Positions 1-13,379 of a stretch of DNA of 64,000 nt are shown here, piece by piece. Within the stretch, counting starts at the first letter, position 1. Every line of letters starts with the position of its first letter. Source of the DNA: Octopus sinensis (lineage: Eukaryota); NCBI RefSeq assembly GCF_006345805.1, contig NC_042999.1, forward strand, positions 124,186,001 through 124,250,000, in the 5' to 3' direction. The position numbers were made by a program, and so were the translations under genes. The notes below the pieces were generated by a model. That model was given only the letters and a program-made list of their open reading frames with translations, was not told the origin of the DNA and did not search any database.

Positions 1-22
1 CGCCAACGTGGTCACATTTTGA

Positions 23-53
<31 letters not shown>

Positions 54-54
54 C

Positions 55-370
55 CCTCATCCTCATCGTTTAATGTCCTCCGTCCATGCTAGCATGATTG
101 GATGGTTTGATAGGTGCTGGCCAGAGGCAGAAGCCTGTGCCATGCTTCTGCGTCTGTTTTGGCATAGTTTCTTTGTGGCTAGATGCCCTTCCTAATGTCA
201 GCCACTCTGCAGAGTGGGCTGAGTGCTTTTTATGTAGTACTCGCAGAGGTGAGATCAGTTTTGGCATGGTTTTTACAGCTGGATGCCCTTCCAAATGCCA
301 ACCACTCTACAGTGTGGACTAGATTCTTTTTAAGTGGCCCCTACATTGGCAGGGTCACCAAATGATTTTT
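55..370 (-). mobile_element. 3' end of RTE-family LINE (tail fragment, terminal block duplicated)
   Basis: Reverse complement matches the 3' end of the intact RTE at 36250-36424 (CCATGCTAGCATG, AGGAAGGGCATCCAGCTGTA, (GAT)n-like tail); the GGATGCCCTTCC block occurs twice. Confidence 0.8.
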
Positions 371-469
371 CAAGACAGAGTCTTCGAGAGAGGAGGGGGA
401 ATTGGAGGAGGTGATCTTGTTTCAGAGGATAAAATATTAGAGTGTGACAGAGAGGCAGAAACAGATGCC

Positions 470-750
470 ATACTGTAGAGGAGGTCCATGGTTACCCAGC
501 CAGAGAAAAGGAGAGAGAGAGAAGAAGAGAAAGAGAGTGAAAGTTTACAAAAATGAGGGCAGATACGGTTACCTAGAGAGAGAGAGAGAGTGGAGGTTAA
601 CAAAAAAGAGGTGTGGTGTTGTAAATGAGATACATGGTTACCTAGCCAGAGGTAAGAGTAAGGGAAGGAAAGAAAGAGAGTGACCAAAAATGAGGGCAGA
701 AACAGGTTTGTTGCTGTAGAGGAAATACATGATTACCCAGCCAGAGGGAA
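470..750. repeat. Degenerate tandem repeat with purine-rich spacers
   Basis: Motif (A)CATGGTTACC(C/T)AGCCAGAG recurs about 4 times (~488, ~565, ~632, ~728). Confidence 0.55.
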
Positions 751-1474
751 GAACAAGGGAAAGAGAGAGAGAGAGTAAAATACAGAAAGAGCAGGAGAAG
801 GACAGTATACTTGCAAAGAATGGGGATCAGGGCATAGATGGGATGGTAGAGTAAAGAAGAGGGAGATGAATGGTGGCAGGTGCTGGTAGGGTATCGCCAA
901 GGAATTATGAGTCAGAAGTGGGGGTGTGAGGAATGCAGTGACTGGTAAGAATCTGGATATATAGAGGAGGAGGGGATGAGGGAAACAATGATATAGTGAG
1001 CAGGGTAGTGAGGACTGGATTGTGGGGTGGGAGATAATCATAGTGTATGAAGAGGAAATGTGTGGGAGATAATCATGGTGTATGAAGAGGAAATATGTGT
1101 GTGTATATATAAATATGATATTCATTATATACATTGTCACTAATTTATACAGTCACAAGTAGTAGCAAAACTTAGTTCAATTACTAGAATCAAACTTATA
1201 TGCAATGCAGCATGTAACAAGCATGCAGACATTTCTCACTGACTGAAAAGGCAAAAATGAATAATGCCTTTATTTTTTGCAATGTTTAATGTATTCAAAT
1301 CAGAACTCAAGGCACAGGTGTTTAATTACAGTGCATCTGACATAAACAACAAACTTAAGAGACACATGATTTTAGCCTGTTTAACATGAAAGCTGAATTA
1401 CACAGGCTGAATCCAATGTATCAAATTAGCATTTTTATAATAAGTTGGAAATTTATATTCGTGTTTGTTCATTC

Positions 1475-1625
1475 AATCATTCATTTAACATCCATTTTTC
1501 CATATTAGTATAGGCTGGATGAAAGCTTATTATTGAGGCATTATTTTACAGATGGATGCTCTTCCTGTCACTAGCCCTTACTTGTTTTTCAAGTAGGTAT
1601 TTTTTATATTACATTTGTCTTCAAA
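1475..1625 (-). mobile_element. Old SINE/LINE fragment with RTE-type 3' tail
   Basis: TTTAACATCCATTTTTCCAT...GGATGCTCTTCCTGTCAC resembles the RTE tail; body resembles 38445-38670 and 51750-51890. Confidence 0.5.
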
Positions 1626-1796
1626 AGCACAGAATTGTATGCACATGTAAACCAGTAAAGGAGCGGGGAAGGAAACTTATCACTGGAGGATCAGCATTCT
1701 ATACTTGATATAAAGTTAGTCCGAATACAAACTTGAACCATTTGAATTTTAAAGCATAATAAAATTCCCTTTATTATATTTTCTTCAAATTTCTAT

Positions 1797-1963
1797 AGGC
1801 ATGGCTGTGTGGTAAGAAGCTAAAGGTGCAGACACAACTGTATGTTAAGAAGCTTGCTTCCCAACCACATAATTCTGGGTTCAATCCCACTGCATGGGCA
1901 AGTGTCTTCTCTTATAGCTTTAGGCCTACCAAAGTCTTGTGAGTGGATTTGGTAGAGAAACTC

Positions 1964-2019
<56 letters not shown>

Positions 2020-2155
2020 CTAAATTAATAATTATATATATGTATATAATTACTAATTTAATGTATAAATTACCTATAAATTTTTTTGCATGCTGACTAC
2101 CTGATAAAAATCATTAATGTGATTTTATCCTTATATTCTAGTATCTATATGTATA

Positions 2156-2187
<32 letters not shown>

Positions 2188-2431
2188 CATATATATATGA
2201 ATGTATGTATTTCTTTATGTGTGTGTATGTATTTGTGTTTGTTCCCTGTCATCACTTGACAACCAGTGTTATTGTGTTTACATTCCCATAACTTAGCGGC
2301 TTGGCAAAGAAGACTGATAGAATAAGTACTAGGCTTTAAAAGGTCCTGGGGGGTCAATTTATTCAACAAAATCTCATTAAAGCAGTGCTCCAACATGGCC
2401 ACAGTCAAATGACTGAAACAAGTAAAAGAAT
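1797..2431 (+). mobile_element. tRNA-derived SINE family A (central TA/TG microsatellite)
   Basis: TGGCTGTGTGGTAAG A-box, GGTTCAATCCC B-box, GGGCAAGTGTCTT core, CAGTCAAATGACTGAAACAAGTAAAAG end; many copies in window. Confidence 0.9.
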
Positions 2432-2811
2432 AGCAATTTGAAGTGGAGAACTATTCAAGGTGGTCCCCTTCAAACTATGGTAATAATGTGCTACAGAATG
2501 GAAAATTTTTATTACTAACAAGCTGAGCTCATTTCCATTACTGAAAATGAAATGATGAAAAGCCATTATTTTTATTTTGCATACAATGTAAAAAAAGAAT
2601 GGTTGTTTTATTTTTTTTCATTTGATTGAATGCAAAATCATTATTTGTGAGTTAATATGAAAAATATTACAAATATTTTGGTTTTTCTTTAAATCTTTTG
2701 CCTAATGATCAGCTTATTTCTCCAATTTATTACTTCACTGAAAATATCTTTGTCTTCATGTGAGTCAATTATAAACCCACATTATTAGATAATTGCTTCC
2801 TCCTCTATAAA

Positions 2812-3050
2812 TAAATGGCTGTCATTTTAAATTTCACTAAAATAACTGTCAGTGTACATTTTAGTAAAATTTCTGTCATTGAAAGTTTTACAAAGATGCT
2901 AATTCTAAATTTTATGAAGATAGCTGTCATTCAAGGTTTTAGTAAAATGGTTGTAACTTTGTGTTTTACTAACATTGTAGCTACTCAAAATTTTATTATG
3001 CTGGAAGAAATTCTGTATTTTATTAGGATCATCCTTATTTTACTAAGAAA
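2812..3050. repeat. Degenerate ~27-bp minisatellite (~9 units)
   Basis: Units like AAATGGCTGTCATTTTAAATTTCACT / AAAATAACTGTCAGTGTACATTTTAGT; ORF 2815 shows 9-residue periodicity. Confidence 0.65.
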
Positions 3051-3759
3051 AGGCTGTTTATATCAGCTTCGCAGCAGTAAGGATTGTTCTACGTTTTAAT
3101 GAATTAGTTTTGGAGAACAGAGTTCTCCAAAATGCATAAAGCTAAAAGAAATATCAGCTCCAAGTTGAAAATATAATTTTTACATTTGGAAAGTTTTACA
3201 AGTTACACAGTTTTAATGATAAGACAATAAGAATATATGAAATATTTAGTGAAAGTTTATGAATTATATTTTATTTTCTTACTTACATACTAGAGAATAC
3301 TGTTTTATAATGACTTGAGATTGTGATTGGATTTCCTTAATGCAGTACACTTACTGCTAAAAATGTTTGGCTTAAATACATGTATGAGCTAATGAGGTGA
3401 GAGAGAACCTCTAAGTAGTTGTTCCCTTACTAGAAATAATAGCAAAAATTCTATATCAGATCAAACACACTATCTGAAAAATTCAAAGAACACATTGAAT
3501 AATATCTCAAAATTGGAATTTTGAAAACCATAAGGATTATAGAGATCTTTAGATATTCAGATATTTTATAAAGGATAAGTTGGAGTTGAGTCTTACTAAA
3601 GGCAGTGGAAATATCTAATTTTTTAAAGTAGTTAATACCATAATATTCAGTCATGATACCATATTGTTGAACTGAATTGATCTCATGACCTTTCACTCTT
3701 CTGCTATCCACATTCAAATCTATTTAAGAAATTTGTCAATATACAAATGTGGGACTGGC

Positions 3760-4781
3760 TATGAAGGAGTGATGCTAGAGCTGTGAAATCTTGCAGGCAT
3801 TAATTTCAACTCTTCTTATTAACAACTTCATTGTTTCTTTCCAGGTAAACTGACATCTGATTGTTCAAAGAAGACTTCAAATGTAATAGTGACTTTTGAA
3901 AATGGACAAAATTTGGTATTGTAGCATTATCAAGTACCTGCAGAAAAAGGGCTTAGCCCCCTGGCAACATTATCCTGATATGCTTGCTACATTAGAGGAT
4001 GATGCTCAACTTTTATCCACAGAACAAAAGTGGGCAGCTGAATTTAGGATGAGAACGGACAGTCTTGAAGATGACTCAAGACCTGGGTGTCCTGCAACCA
4101 CCAAGACCAAGGAAAATATTGATTGTGTCCACCACATGTTGGTTGATGACAGGTGATTGATTATAAATCAAATATCTAATGATATTAGCATATCACATGA
4201 GAGTTGAGAATATTCTGCACAATGAACTTGGTATGATGAAGGTTTCTGCTCAGTCGGTGCTATGTCTTCTGACACCTTATCAAAAGTTCACCAGGCTGAT
4301 CACATCACAGGAAAATCTGACGTTGTGTGAGGCAAATCCTGCTGGTTTCATAGAGCATTTGCTAACCCAGAGTGAGTTTTGGATTCATCACTTTGAGTCA
4401 GAGACAATCTATGCAGTGGAAGCACCCCTTCTCATCTGCTCCAAAGAAGTCCAAGTTTGTTTCATCTGCCAGGAAAGTGATGGCCTCAGTTTCTTTGGAT
4501 GTAAAAAGCATAGTGTTCCTCAAAAGGGCTACACCATCAATGGAGAGTACTGTACAAGTATCACTGAGGAACCAGTATCACAGTGATGGTGACATCATGT
4601 CATCTGGTGATGGGTTTTTTTACCAACAGGATGAAAGCATCTTCATCAAACACTGCAACACTGATGGAAGACGTGTGTGTACCACAAGGATGGGAGGTGG
4701 GTATGTTGCAAAATATATCTCATTGTCACATTCCATGAGAGTATCTTGGTCAGCTTATGAACTTTTCAACCAATCCTCATA
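3760..4781 (+). pseudogene. Degenerate mariner-family transposon (transposase pseudogene with 3' TIR)
   Basis: ORFs 3896/4179/4372: KWAAEFR..SLEDDSRPGCP (HTH), WIHHFESET, QSMQWKH..APKK..SARKVMASV; TIR-like CAGCTTATGAACTTTTCAACCAATCCTCATA at ~4751-4781; left boundary approximate. Confidence 0.9.
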
Positions 4782-6899
4782 TGTTGGAATTTCCTTATTT
4801 CCATTATTCCATTATTTCTTCTTATTTACACAAAAAAAAATCAAAATTATAGAAAATTCAATTGATGATCGGTAACAATATCAGGTTATACCATAAAAGG
4901 TAAGCTTTCAATTTTATTGGAATTTTGAGTTCAAATGTGAACAGATGAGTCACCAGTATTTACAGTTAAAGTATAAATGTGTCAGTGTATAAAGTCAACA
5001 CAGAATTGATAGTAATGATGATTCTAACAGCACAGCTCAGATTATAGATTGAAACTTTGTTTAAACTATTTCTTTCAAGATATTTCTCAAGCATATTCTT
5101 TGTAAGAGATTTTTTTTTTATTTCCTCTTTTTGTAATACCATAACATTTCTTTGACAAGTCATTTGTTTAACATTTGTTTGTTACTAGTTGCTGCTGTTG
5201 CTGTTGCACTTCTTGTAGTTGTTGCTACTGTTACCTTTTTCCATTATTTATTTATTTGGTTATTGTAGAACCTACCGGGGTATATACTTTACCAATGATG
5301 ATGTTGAATTTATTGAGTGACTTTAGTGAATATATTCAATAGAGATGTGTTAGTGGCAGTATGAGGGATGCAAAATCAGTGATGAAAGCATAATGTAAAA
5401 AGTAAAACATTCTTGCAGTAACAAATAAATAATAACCAATTCTTTCTGCCATAGGGAGTGGTTAGATGTGAGAACTGACAATACTGGAGATATTGATTTG
5501 TCTGCTAGAGAGTGGCTCTTGTGCAATAGTTTTCAGAGCTATTGTATGACGGGAAATATGAAAAATGTTTACACAAGACAAACTTTTATGTTTTTAAGCC
5601 ATTTATTGAAATATTCAAATGATGGAAAGGAAAATCTATAAAATAAGCTTCTAGTGACTTGCATACATAATTTCTTTAAAATATAAATTTCATTAATGTA
5701 CATTTCTAAAATTTATATATTTAAGCATATATATTTGATACAGAATTTGATTTATTGGTATTTATTCCATATGCTAAAGGATAACAAATTTACAACACTA
5801 TCCATGTAGTATTCTTAGAAGACATTCTTCATTTATAGCAGTATTTAGTATGGTAGATTAGGTGAATGTTCAAAAGGTTATTCCCTTTATGCATATTTTT
5901 TCTTGCAATATCTGCATGTTCTGCATGGGTCATCTTAACAAATTTACTACATTTTTTTGTTTAACTTTATATGACCTCTGGAATTATACACATACCATGT
6001 AATATTTTCCTCAAATTTTTCTTCTAAAGCATGTCCTTCAAACCTAAATTTACATATTAAAAACATATTTAATCATTCATAGAAGTACTGGCTTTATAGC
6101 ATATGGGGGTTTTTTGTTGAACTTTATTACAGAAATGCATCAACAACCTCCAGCATCCAAAAGTGAGATTAAGCAGAATAGTAAAAGAAAGGAAGATAAA
6201 CAACTTTGTATCTTCTCTACAGATTCTTCATTTCATAATTTCATTTCTTAAGGGAAGTTTCCAGAAAAGTTTTTAAAGTAATATAAATTACAAAAGTGAA
6301 AACAAACCAAAGTCAGTACAAAACTGCCATTAAAACCAAATACCAGAATTAACATTATGCCATTTGTATTTAGAGATCAACAAGCAGACTACTACCACTA
6401 AATGAAAGACTTGGTAATAGTCATAGTTACAATAAACTCATAAAAACAGAAAACATAAGATACTTTTAGCAATGGAAAGACATTATTTGCATAAATAGTA
6501 AAATGTTCCAGTCTGAAATATCAAAGTAATTTAAAGTAATGACTATGTAAAAGATGTGAATTTACTAAAATGCAACTTAGACACAGATAAGCAAGAATAA
6601 CAACAAATGTGCTAATTCATGTTATGGCAATCATAAAAAGAAATCAGGCCTACTTACTGTTACTTCTCACTATACACACTGTTATACAGCTAATACCATT
6701 CTACACTATACACACTATACCATTCTACACGTTTCCTTAATCTTTCACATACAGCATTGGTCCACATGCAATCTGAACATCTTATGTCACACTTACAAGA
6801 TACTTGAACATATACCCTAAATTTCTTTTAATAACTGAAAACACCAATCATTTTACATATCAAGGAAACAGCCTGACATTATAATCTCATCACACAGGA

Positions 6900-7560
6900 A
6901 TCAAGAGCAACATACAACTAAAATACTCAAAGTTGTTACAAAAGCTAAACCTCAAAATTCCTGCCAACCTCACATAGCAGCCTTATATATATAACATGGC
7001 CAAAACTTGATTAACCCTTTAGAATTTAAACTAATCATATCTGGCCAAAATATTCTGCTTGTTTTATGCTTAAATTGGACAGATCTGGCCTCTCACACCT
7101 ACTCTACAATGTCCTTCTAAAAATAAACAACCACGTCATCAAAACTTCAAAGCTATGAGATAATATATTATTAATTCAAAACAATGTGAATAAATATGCA
7201 CTACATTTGACAGAGTAATCTGAATGCTAAAGGGTTAAATTTCCTCTTAAAGCACAAAAATACTTCAACCCTGATCTATTGTTGATCCTCTACAAAGTTC
7301 AAGTCCAACCCACACTGTAGTACGATTCACATCCTTCTTTATCTTCAATTGATACTGTGAGTGCACCTGTTCCTCTAAATTAGTTATCTGCAAAACCATA
7401 GCCACCGAAGCTCACTTAATTGACTCTCCCTCATCTTATCTCATCATTTCTACTATGTCTTTATTCTTACTTTACTCTTTGCAATAAACATTTGTCTTAT
7501 TAACCTCCTCTAAAACTGCAACCTTTTTGTATTCATTGCTTACCTACATTTCTCCTACAA
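6900..7560 (+). mobile_element. Very old CR1/Jockey-group LINE RT C-terminal relic, interrupted by MITE
   Basis: 7260-7330 translates to KYFNPDLLLILYKVQVQPTL*YDSH, resembling the LYK.QVRP.LEY.SH motif. Confidence 0.4.
7011..7238. mobile_element. piggyBac-type MITE family 1
   Basis: TTAA-CCCTTTAGAATTT...AATGCTAAAGGG-TTAA; second copy inverted at 17835-18061. Confidence 0.85.
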
Positions 7561-10500
7561 ATGCTGGAAATTCAATATAAATAACTTCAATCTAAACTGC
7601 GAATAAGAGTTTAAAAGGTCAGTACACTTATCCTTCATTATTTGATTAAATAATTTTAAAGACAGCAAATAGTTAAGAAAATTTCTTAGACTTTTCTGTA
7701 GATAACTTTACTGATATATACATTCTCCACAGTTTGTATTTTTGCTGTTTGTACCAGTAACAATGTATAGTTGGACAGTTGTAGTGGTTTAGGAGGCAAC
7801 CATCAGATTTTCAGCTTAATTGTCATAATTCTGTATCTTATCACAGGAATTATATTATAAATGGGACACCAACCTCTTCCTTCCTTAGCTGGCAGAGTAA
7901 CAGAGAAAGACAAATATAGAATGAAATGCTAGCCTATGTTGATGAGTATAATCTTTCCATATGGAAAACAGGATAGAAAAGATAAGCAACTATCTTTTTT
8001 ATTAGTGAATAATTTGTTTGTGAGGCATGAGAAACGATCTTGTTACACAATTCTCATAAAGCAGTTTAGAGATATAACTTTTGATAAAAAAAAATTATAA
8101 TGATATTTTAAAAATGTTATTGCAATGTTCGTTCATTTCCTATTTATAAAATATTCAGGTGTAATATTAATAAATCCTTACAAGAATATTAGGTTACTTT
8201 ACCTCTAAGCAATTTTCTTACTTTGATATTTCAGGTCCAACTTATTCCAAATTACTAAATGCAAACATTCTGATTCTTCTCTTTCCATTGCCTAGAGTGA
8301 AATGATTTTCATTATTCTTGTTATATTACTGATACAGGTCAAAGTAATTTTCTTATTGCATTATTCGTTTACTTTCCTCAACTCTTATTGCATTCATGTT
8401 ACAGTTTCCTTGACTTCATACCAGTTGCTATGGTTTCTTTCAAACAAAATTATAAGTGTTTGGCATTGTGAGCAATAAGAGAGAGGTCATCTACTGGAAA
8501 AGCAGGAGGTCAGCAAGAAATATTGCTTCCTGGCTTTCAAGAATCTCAGGCCACTTTTAAACCTATGCTTGTAATATTTTGTATTTCTATGTCCTGAAAT
8601 AAAAAGGGAGATAAATACAGAAAGTGTAAAAGCAAGTGGCCACCAAATGGTGAGAAAATATATAAATGTATGTGAGGTTTCAAATTGAAACAGCACTGAC
8701 GTTTCAGTAGAGAACATGGAAGACGCCAGACATAAGCAATATACACTAGTGAGTAACAATCCGCATCATTAGTTTAGAATGTAAATGAAGATGTAATTAT
8801 ACTGCTATTAAAAGAAATAGAAAGACTGTTAAACACACCAGTTATCTTGGGCTTTTTTCATAAAGAGAGTTATTTTTAACTGCAGCAAAGTTTAGAAACA
8901 ATAGAAATTAATGCTGAAAGTTTTCTCTTCTCACAGACTGGATCAATGACAACTTGAAATTTAATCCTTCTATAATAGATATTGACTAAAGTCAAAGGTC
9001 TAAAAGTATAGTCTCAAATCAAGTCCTTTATTAACTTTATTATAATTTCAATAAAAAAATATGTTCCTTTTGGATTCTTCATTTCATTTCTTTCTTTTCT
9101 TCTTCTTTTTTTTCTATAAACTAAAAAAGAAACTGAAAATAATTTTCATGATTATAACGTAAAAATTGATTTATTCACATATTTTGAAAGCATTTTCAGA
9201 AATTGGCCAAGTCAAAAATGACTAGAATTTATTGTAAAAAGGAAGAAAAGATTGACTTTGATGGAAGTTTAAGTTTCAAAGAGAATAATTCGTTTTTATC
9301 AATGGGGATGAAAAGAAGAGAAGAATAAATATGCAAAGAAAAGAAAATCACAGGAAAAATACATATAAACAAACAAAAAAAGGCTACTTTTGCAATCTGG
9401 AAGAATGCAGCTTATCAAACAGCATGACTTTATACAGAGTAAAAGTTTCAATGCATACATGATGGTGATAAGAAAAGTAACAATACAATTGATGTTTCTT
9501 CAAGACTACATGAAGATAAAAGCTTGCCAAGAACTGGAAAATATATCTAACAATGGATATTGCAAAAAAAGATCACCAATAATAGAAAAATCAATCAAAT
9601 CTGTCCACAAAAATATGCCTGATAATCTCAGTAGATTTAATTTTTAAAAAAATACCATTCAGTGTTTATTTATTGTATTCATTTTTTCTTTCTTTTCTAT
9701 TTTTTTTTCTTCTATATGTCGGGGGAATAGCAGTATCTCCGCTTTGTGTAATAACTGAAAGACAAAAAGCAAAAACATCTCCAGAATATTTGAGAGTATT
9801 GCGAACTCAGGAAAACAAAGATGAAATGTGAAACAATAGCCGCTGAAGAGTTGCTATGCCGGAGCAAAATATATCAATCTGATCCAAAAGTATTTTATGA
9901 AATCCTTTAAATAAGTAGTTACAAATATCTCAAGATTAAAGATTAATAAATAATCAGCAAATGCTTTTATAATTTGTAAAAATGGAACACAATATATCAA
10001 TAAAATATAAATATATAGTTAATAACAAATAGATTACAAAGTATTCTGTACTTTAAAAGAGTCTACCTGTATAAAATTGTATTCAATAAAAATTCATATT
10101 TTTTATAATTTTACTGATTTATTTAATAAATTCTGTATACAAGAAATTCATTCATTTAAAATTTCATAGAAATAGGTTTGTCTCTATCTTCAATGATGAG
10201 ATATGGTATAATAATAGAAGAAATTGAACAGTGATACATCGTTAAATACATAATTTAACAGGATCATGAAATTACAATGTGAAAGTAAATTTGCCATTTG
10301 AAATGTATGAAGTGAAGCATATCTAGTTCAGCTTTCAGTTGTATTTCTTGATAAAATTGTTCTCCAATATTTCCTTGAACTACTTGATATGAGAATCACT
10401 GAAGATTATTGAAAATTGGTTCTGTATCTCCTTTATGTCAATAAAAATCTGATCTATTTTCAGGGTGGAGGATCATTCTGTTTTTTAATTTCATCTTTTC

Positions 10501-10777
10501 TGAATGCCACTCTAACTTAGCTAATGTCATCTTAAAAGCATTCAAATATTAATCCATTTTTACCCACTCAAAATTTTATCAAACGTCATCATTTTGTCTA
10601 CAAAACAGTGCTACTATGCCGTATTAAAGTCATTGATATTCTTCAATGGAAAGATGGTTCTAAATTTTAGGTTTTCCTTTTACAAAAATCTAAAATACTA
10701 AATCTATCTTTAAATTTACCAAAGTCAAATATATATATTCATATACATACATATATACATACATACATACATATATC

Positions 10778-11690
10778 ATCGTCATCATCATCATCATTAT
10801 TTATGTCTGTTTTTCCATGCTTGTATAACTTGAATGGGGCCTCTCCAAAAGCATACTATCCTGCTATTTGCTGCCTTTTCTTCATCATCTGTTTCCTTTG
10901 TGAGGCTCAGCATCCTTAGATCAGTTTTTCCCATTTCTGCTTGTATATTTCTTAGTTTTCTTCTGCAATTTCCTCCCACTTGGATCTCTTGGCATTTCTT
11001 TCTCTATCTGCCATAATCCAGATGTATTATATGTCTGTACCAATGCTTCTGCACACTACATCTACTTCCTTTTATTCCCAGTTTTTCTCTTAGTTCATCT
11101 TTAACATATCACCCATGCCCACTAATACTGGTTTCAAATCTTGGCACAAAGCCAGCAATTTCATGGGAGGGGGCAAGTCAATTACCAGTGTTCAACTGGT
11201 ACTTATTTTATCAACTCTGAATGGATGAAAGGCAAAGACAACCTTGGCAGAATTTGAACTCAGAACATAAAGACAAACAAAATGCAGCTGAGCATTTTAC
11301 CAGCATACTAACGATTCTGCCAGCTTGCTGCCTTCCCCATGCTCACTAGCGGCATGCTAAGCTCATTAATAAGTTATTGCCAATTCTTACTTTGCTGGCC
11401 ATATCTATGTGCATTGTGTGGATCACACTTACAAGCCATTCACCTACATTTGGTTTTCCTAAAGACCATCAGGTTTTAAATGGCAACTGCCAAAAGCCTT
11501 CTCCAAATCAATCAAAAAATGTTTACTAAAAACTACTCTTGCAGTTGTTTCACTATACAGAAAAGAAAGCATCAGTAGTACCCTGACCTGGCACAAATCT
11601 GAACTACATTGCATCTAAGTAGACACTCTTCTTAATCAATCAGAAGAGGCTTGTATTAGAATTCTCAGTGAAGTTTTTGTTTACTTGAGA
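10778..11690 (-). mobile_element. Old, internally deleted RTE LINE fragment
   Basis: (CAT)n tail plus TTTCCATGCTTG end; minus strand retains DLEKAF-like (11495-11515) and FVPGQGTTDA (11570-11600) RT motifs; split by SINE B. Confidence 0.7.
11130..11334 (-). mobile_element. tRNA-derived SINE family B (Meta-domain-like)
   Basis: Reverse complement of GGCAGCAAGCTGGCAGAATCGTTAG...GAGTTCAAATTC...TTTGCCTTTCATCC...AAGTACCAG. Confidence 0.85.
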
Positions 11691-12647
11691 GAATACTAGA
11701 ATATTTTCAGATCATCTGCAATCTCCACAGCAGATATATTTAAATAAATAACAACAGATTTATCTACAATATACATGTTTTTTATACATATATATGTGTG
11801 TGCTTGTGTGTGTGTGAGTGTATGTATGTATGTATGTATGTGTATGTATGTATGTAAGTATGTATGTATGTATGTATGTATGTATGTATGTAGTGAACAA
11901 TATGTGTACATGTGTATGCATCAATGCATGTAGGCACAGGGACGTGGAAATACCTGGGTTGGTGTCCAGGCACATGGTTCGCCCACTGGGAGTGGAAACT
12001 CCCAACTATTATTGTCACAACATCTGTCTAGATGACGGAAACTCTGAGAGAAAACATGCAACACTGACAATATTCAGTGATGTAGACTAGTTCTTCTTTT
12101 CAAGTTTATGTTGTCCATGTTCAACAAAGGCAAATCTTTAACCCTCTATAAAAAAATCTTCATGCATAGGCACTGCTTGAAAAAAAAGTAAGACCTATCA
12201 CAAAAATGACTTGTCATAGCCTTTGCACGTGTGGGACTTTTCAATCAGATGATGGCAATACTCAAACATGAGTTTGCAGCCATCTTGTATGGATGTATTT
12301 GTAAATTGGTATGATACTACAGAGTTATATAGAAAATACACACTGATAATGGAAATCAATATGTACATATACACATACATATTGAGAGAGTGACAGAGAG
12401 ACAAAGTGTCAGGGCAAGATCTATAACTGTTATAAGCCCACCTAAATTACGAGATGTATTAACACAGAAGTAATTTAAATAATTTGGGGTATAGAAAAAC
12501 AGAAGTCTTTCACTATACTTTAGGTTTTAAAATGATGCTTTGTCCAGACATAAATATTGATAAATATGTGCTATGGAATGGTATTTACTATAGGCAATAA
12601 CAACAATAATAGCAAATAAGTATTCAGTTGTTTACAGTATTTACTTT

Positions 12648-12877
12648 TTAACCCTTTTGTTACCATATTTTTGTTGACATGCTCTGTGTTTCTTTGAATT
12701 AATTATAAATATAACAAAGAATTTAGTAAAATAACTTAGTTATCATTAAGCTAGTGTTAAGAACATAAATTGTGATTAAGGTTTGGTGAAAGATTTTAAT
12801 TAAGAACTTTTGAAAACGAGACATTTGTACTACAGAGCCAGAGGTGGTTTCAGATGAGTTGGTACCAAAAGGGTTAA
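12648..12877. mobile_element. piggyBac-type MITE family 2
   Basis: TTAA-CCCTTTTGTTACCA...TGGTACCAAAAGGG-TTAA; homologous to 20874-21102. Confidence 0.85.
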
Positions 12878-13090
12878 GGTGGCAAGCTGGCTGAACTGTT
12901 AGCCTGCTGGGCTAAATACTTAGCAGCATTTCGTCTATTTTTACGTTCTTGGTTCAAATTCCACTAAGGCCTATTTTACCTTTCATCCTTTTGGGGCTGA
13001 TAATAGAAGTATCAGTTAAACACTGGGGTAGTTGTAATCGACTTACCCACTCCCCTGAAATTGTTGACCTTGTGCCAAAATTCGAAATCA
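12877..13090 (+). mobile_element. SINE family B
   Basis: GGTGGCAAGCTGGC...GGTTCAAATTCC...CCTTTCATCCTTTTGGGG; abuts the MITE TTAA. Confidence 0.85.
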
Positions 13091-13379
13091 TTATTTAAAA
13101 CTTTTAGTAGAATGCCATGTTTATGAACAGATTCTTGAAAGTATTTATCATAAAGCATGAGTCCACTGTCAAATTTCATTAACTTTTAAGATGCAAGCAT
13201 TCTCTATTTAGTATGCCAATCTAAAAAGGCAAGAAAGCTGTTGTGATTCTCTACATGGTAAATATCCTGAAAGTTATACATGATATATCATACATCAAAG
13301 AGGAATAAATATTTAAGAAATGACTAGTCACAAAACAGAAACTTTCAATACACATGAGTTGAAGACAAACACATCAAGA

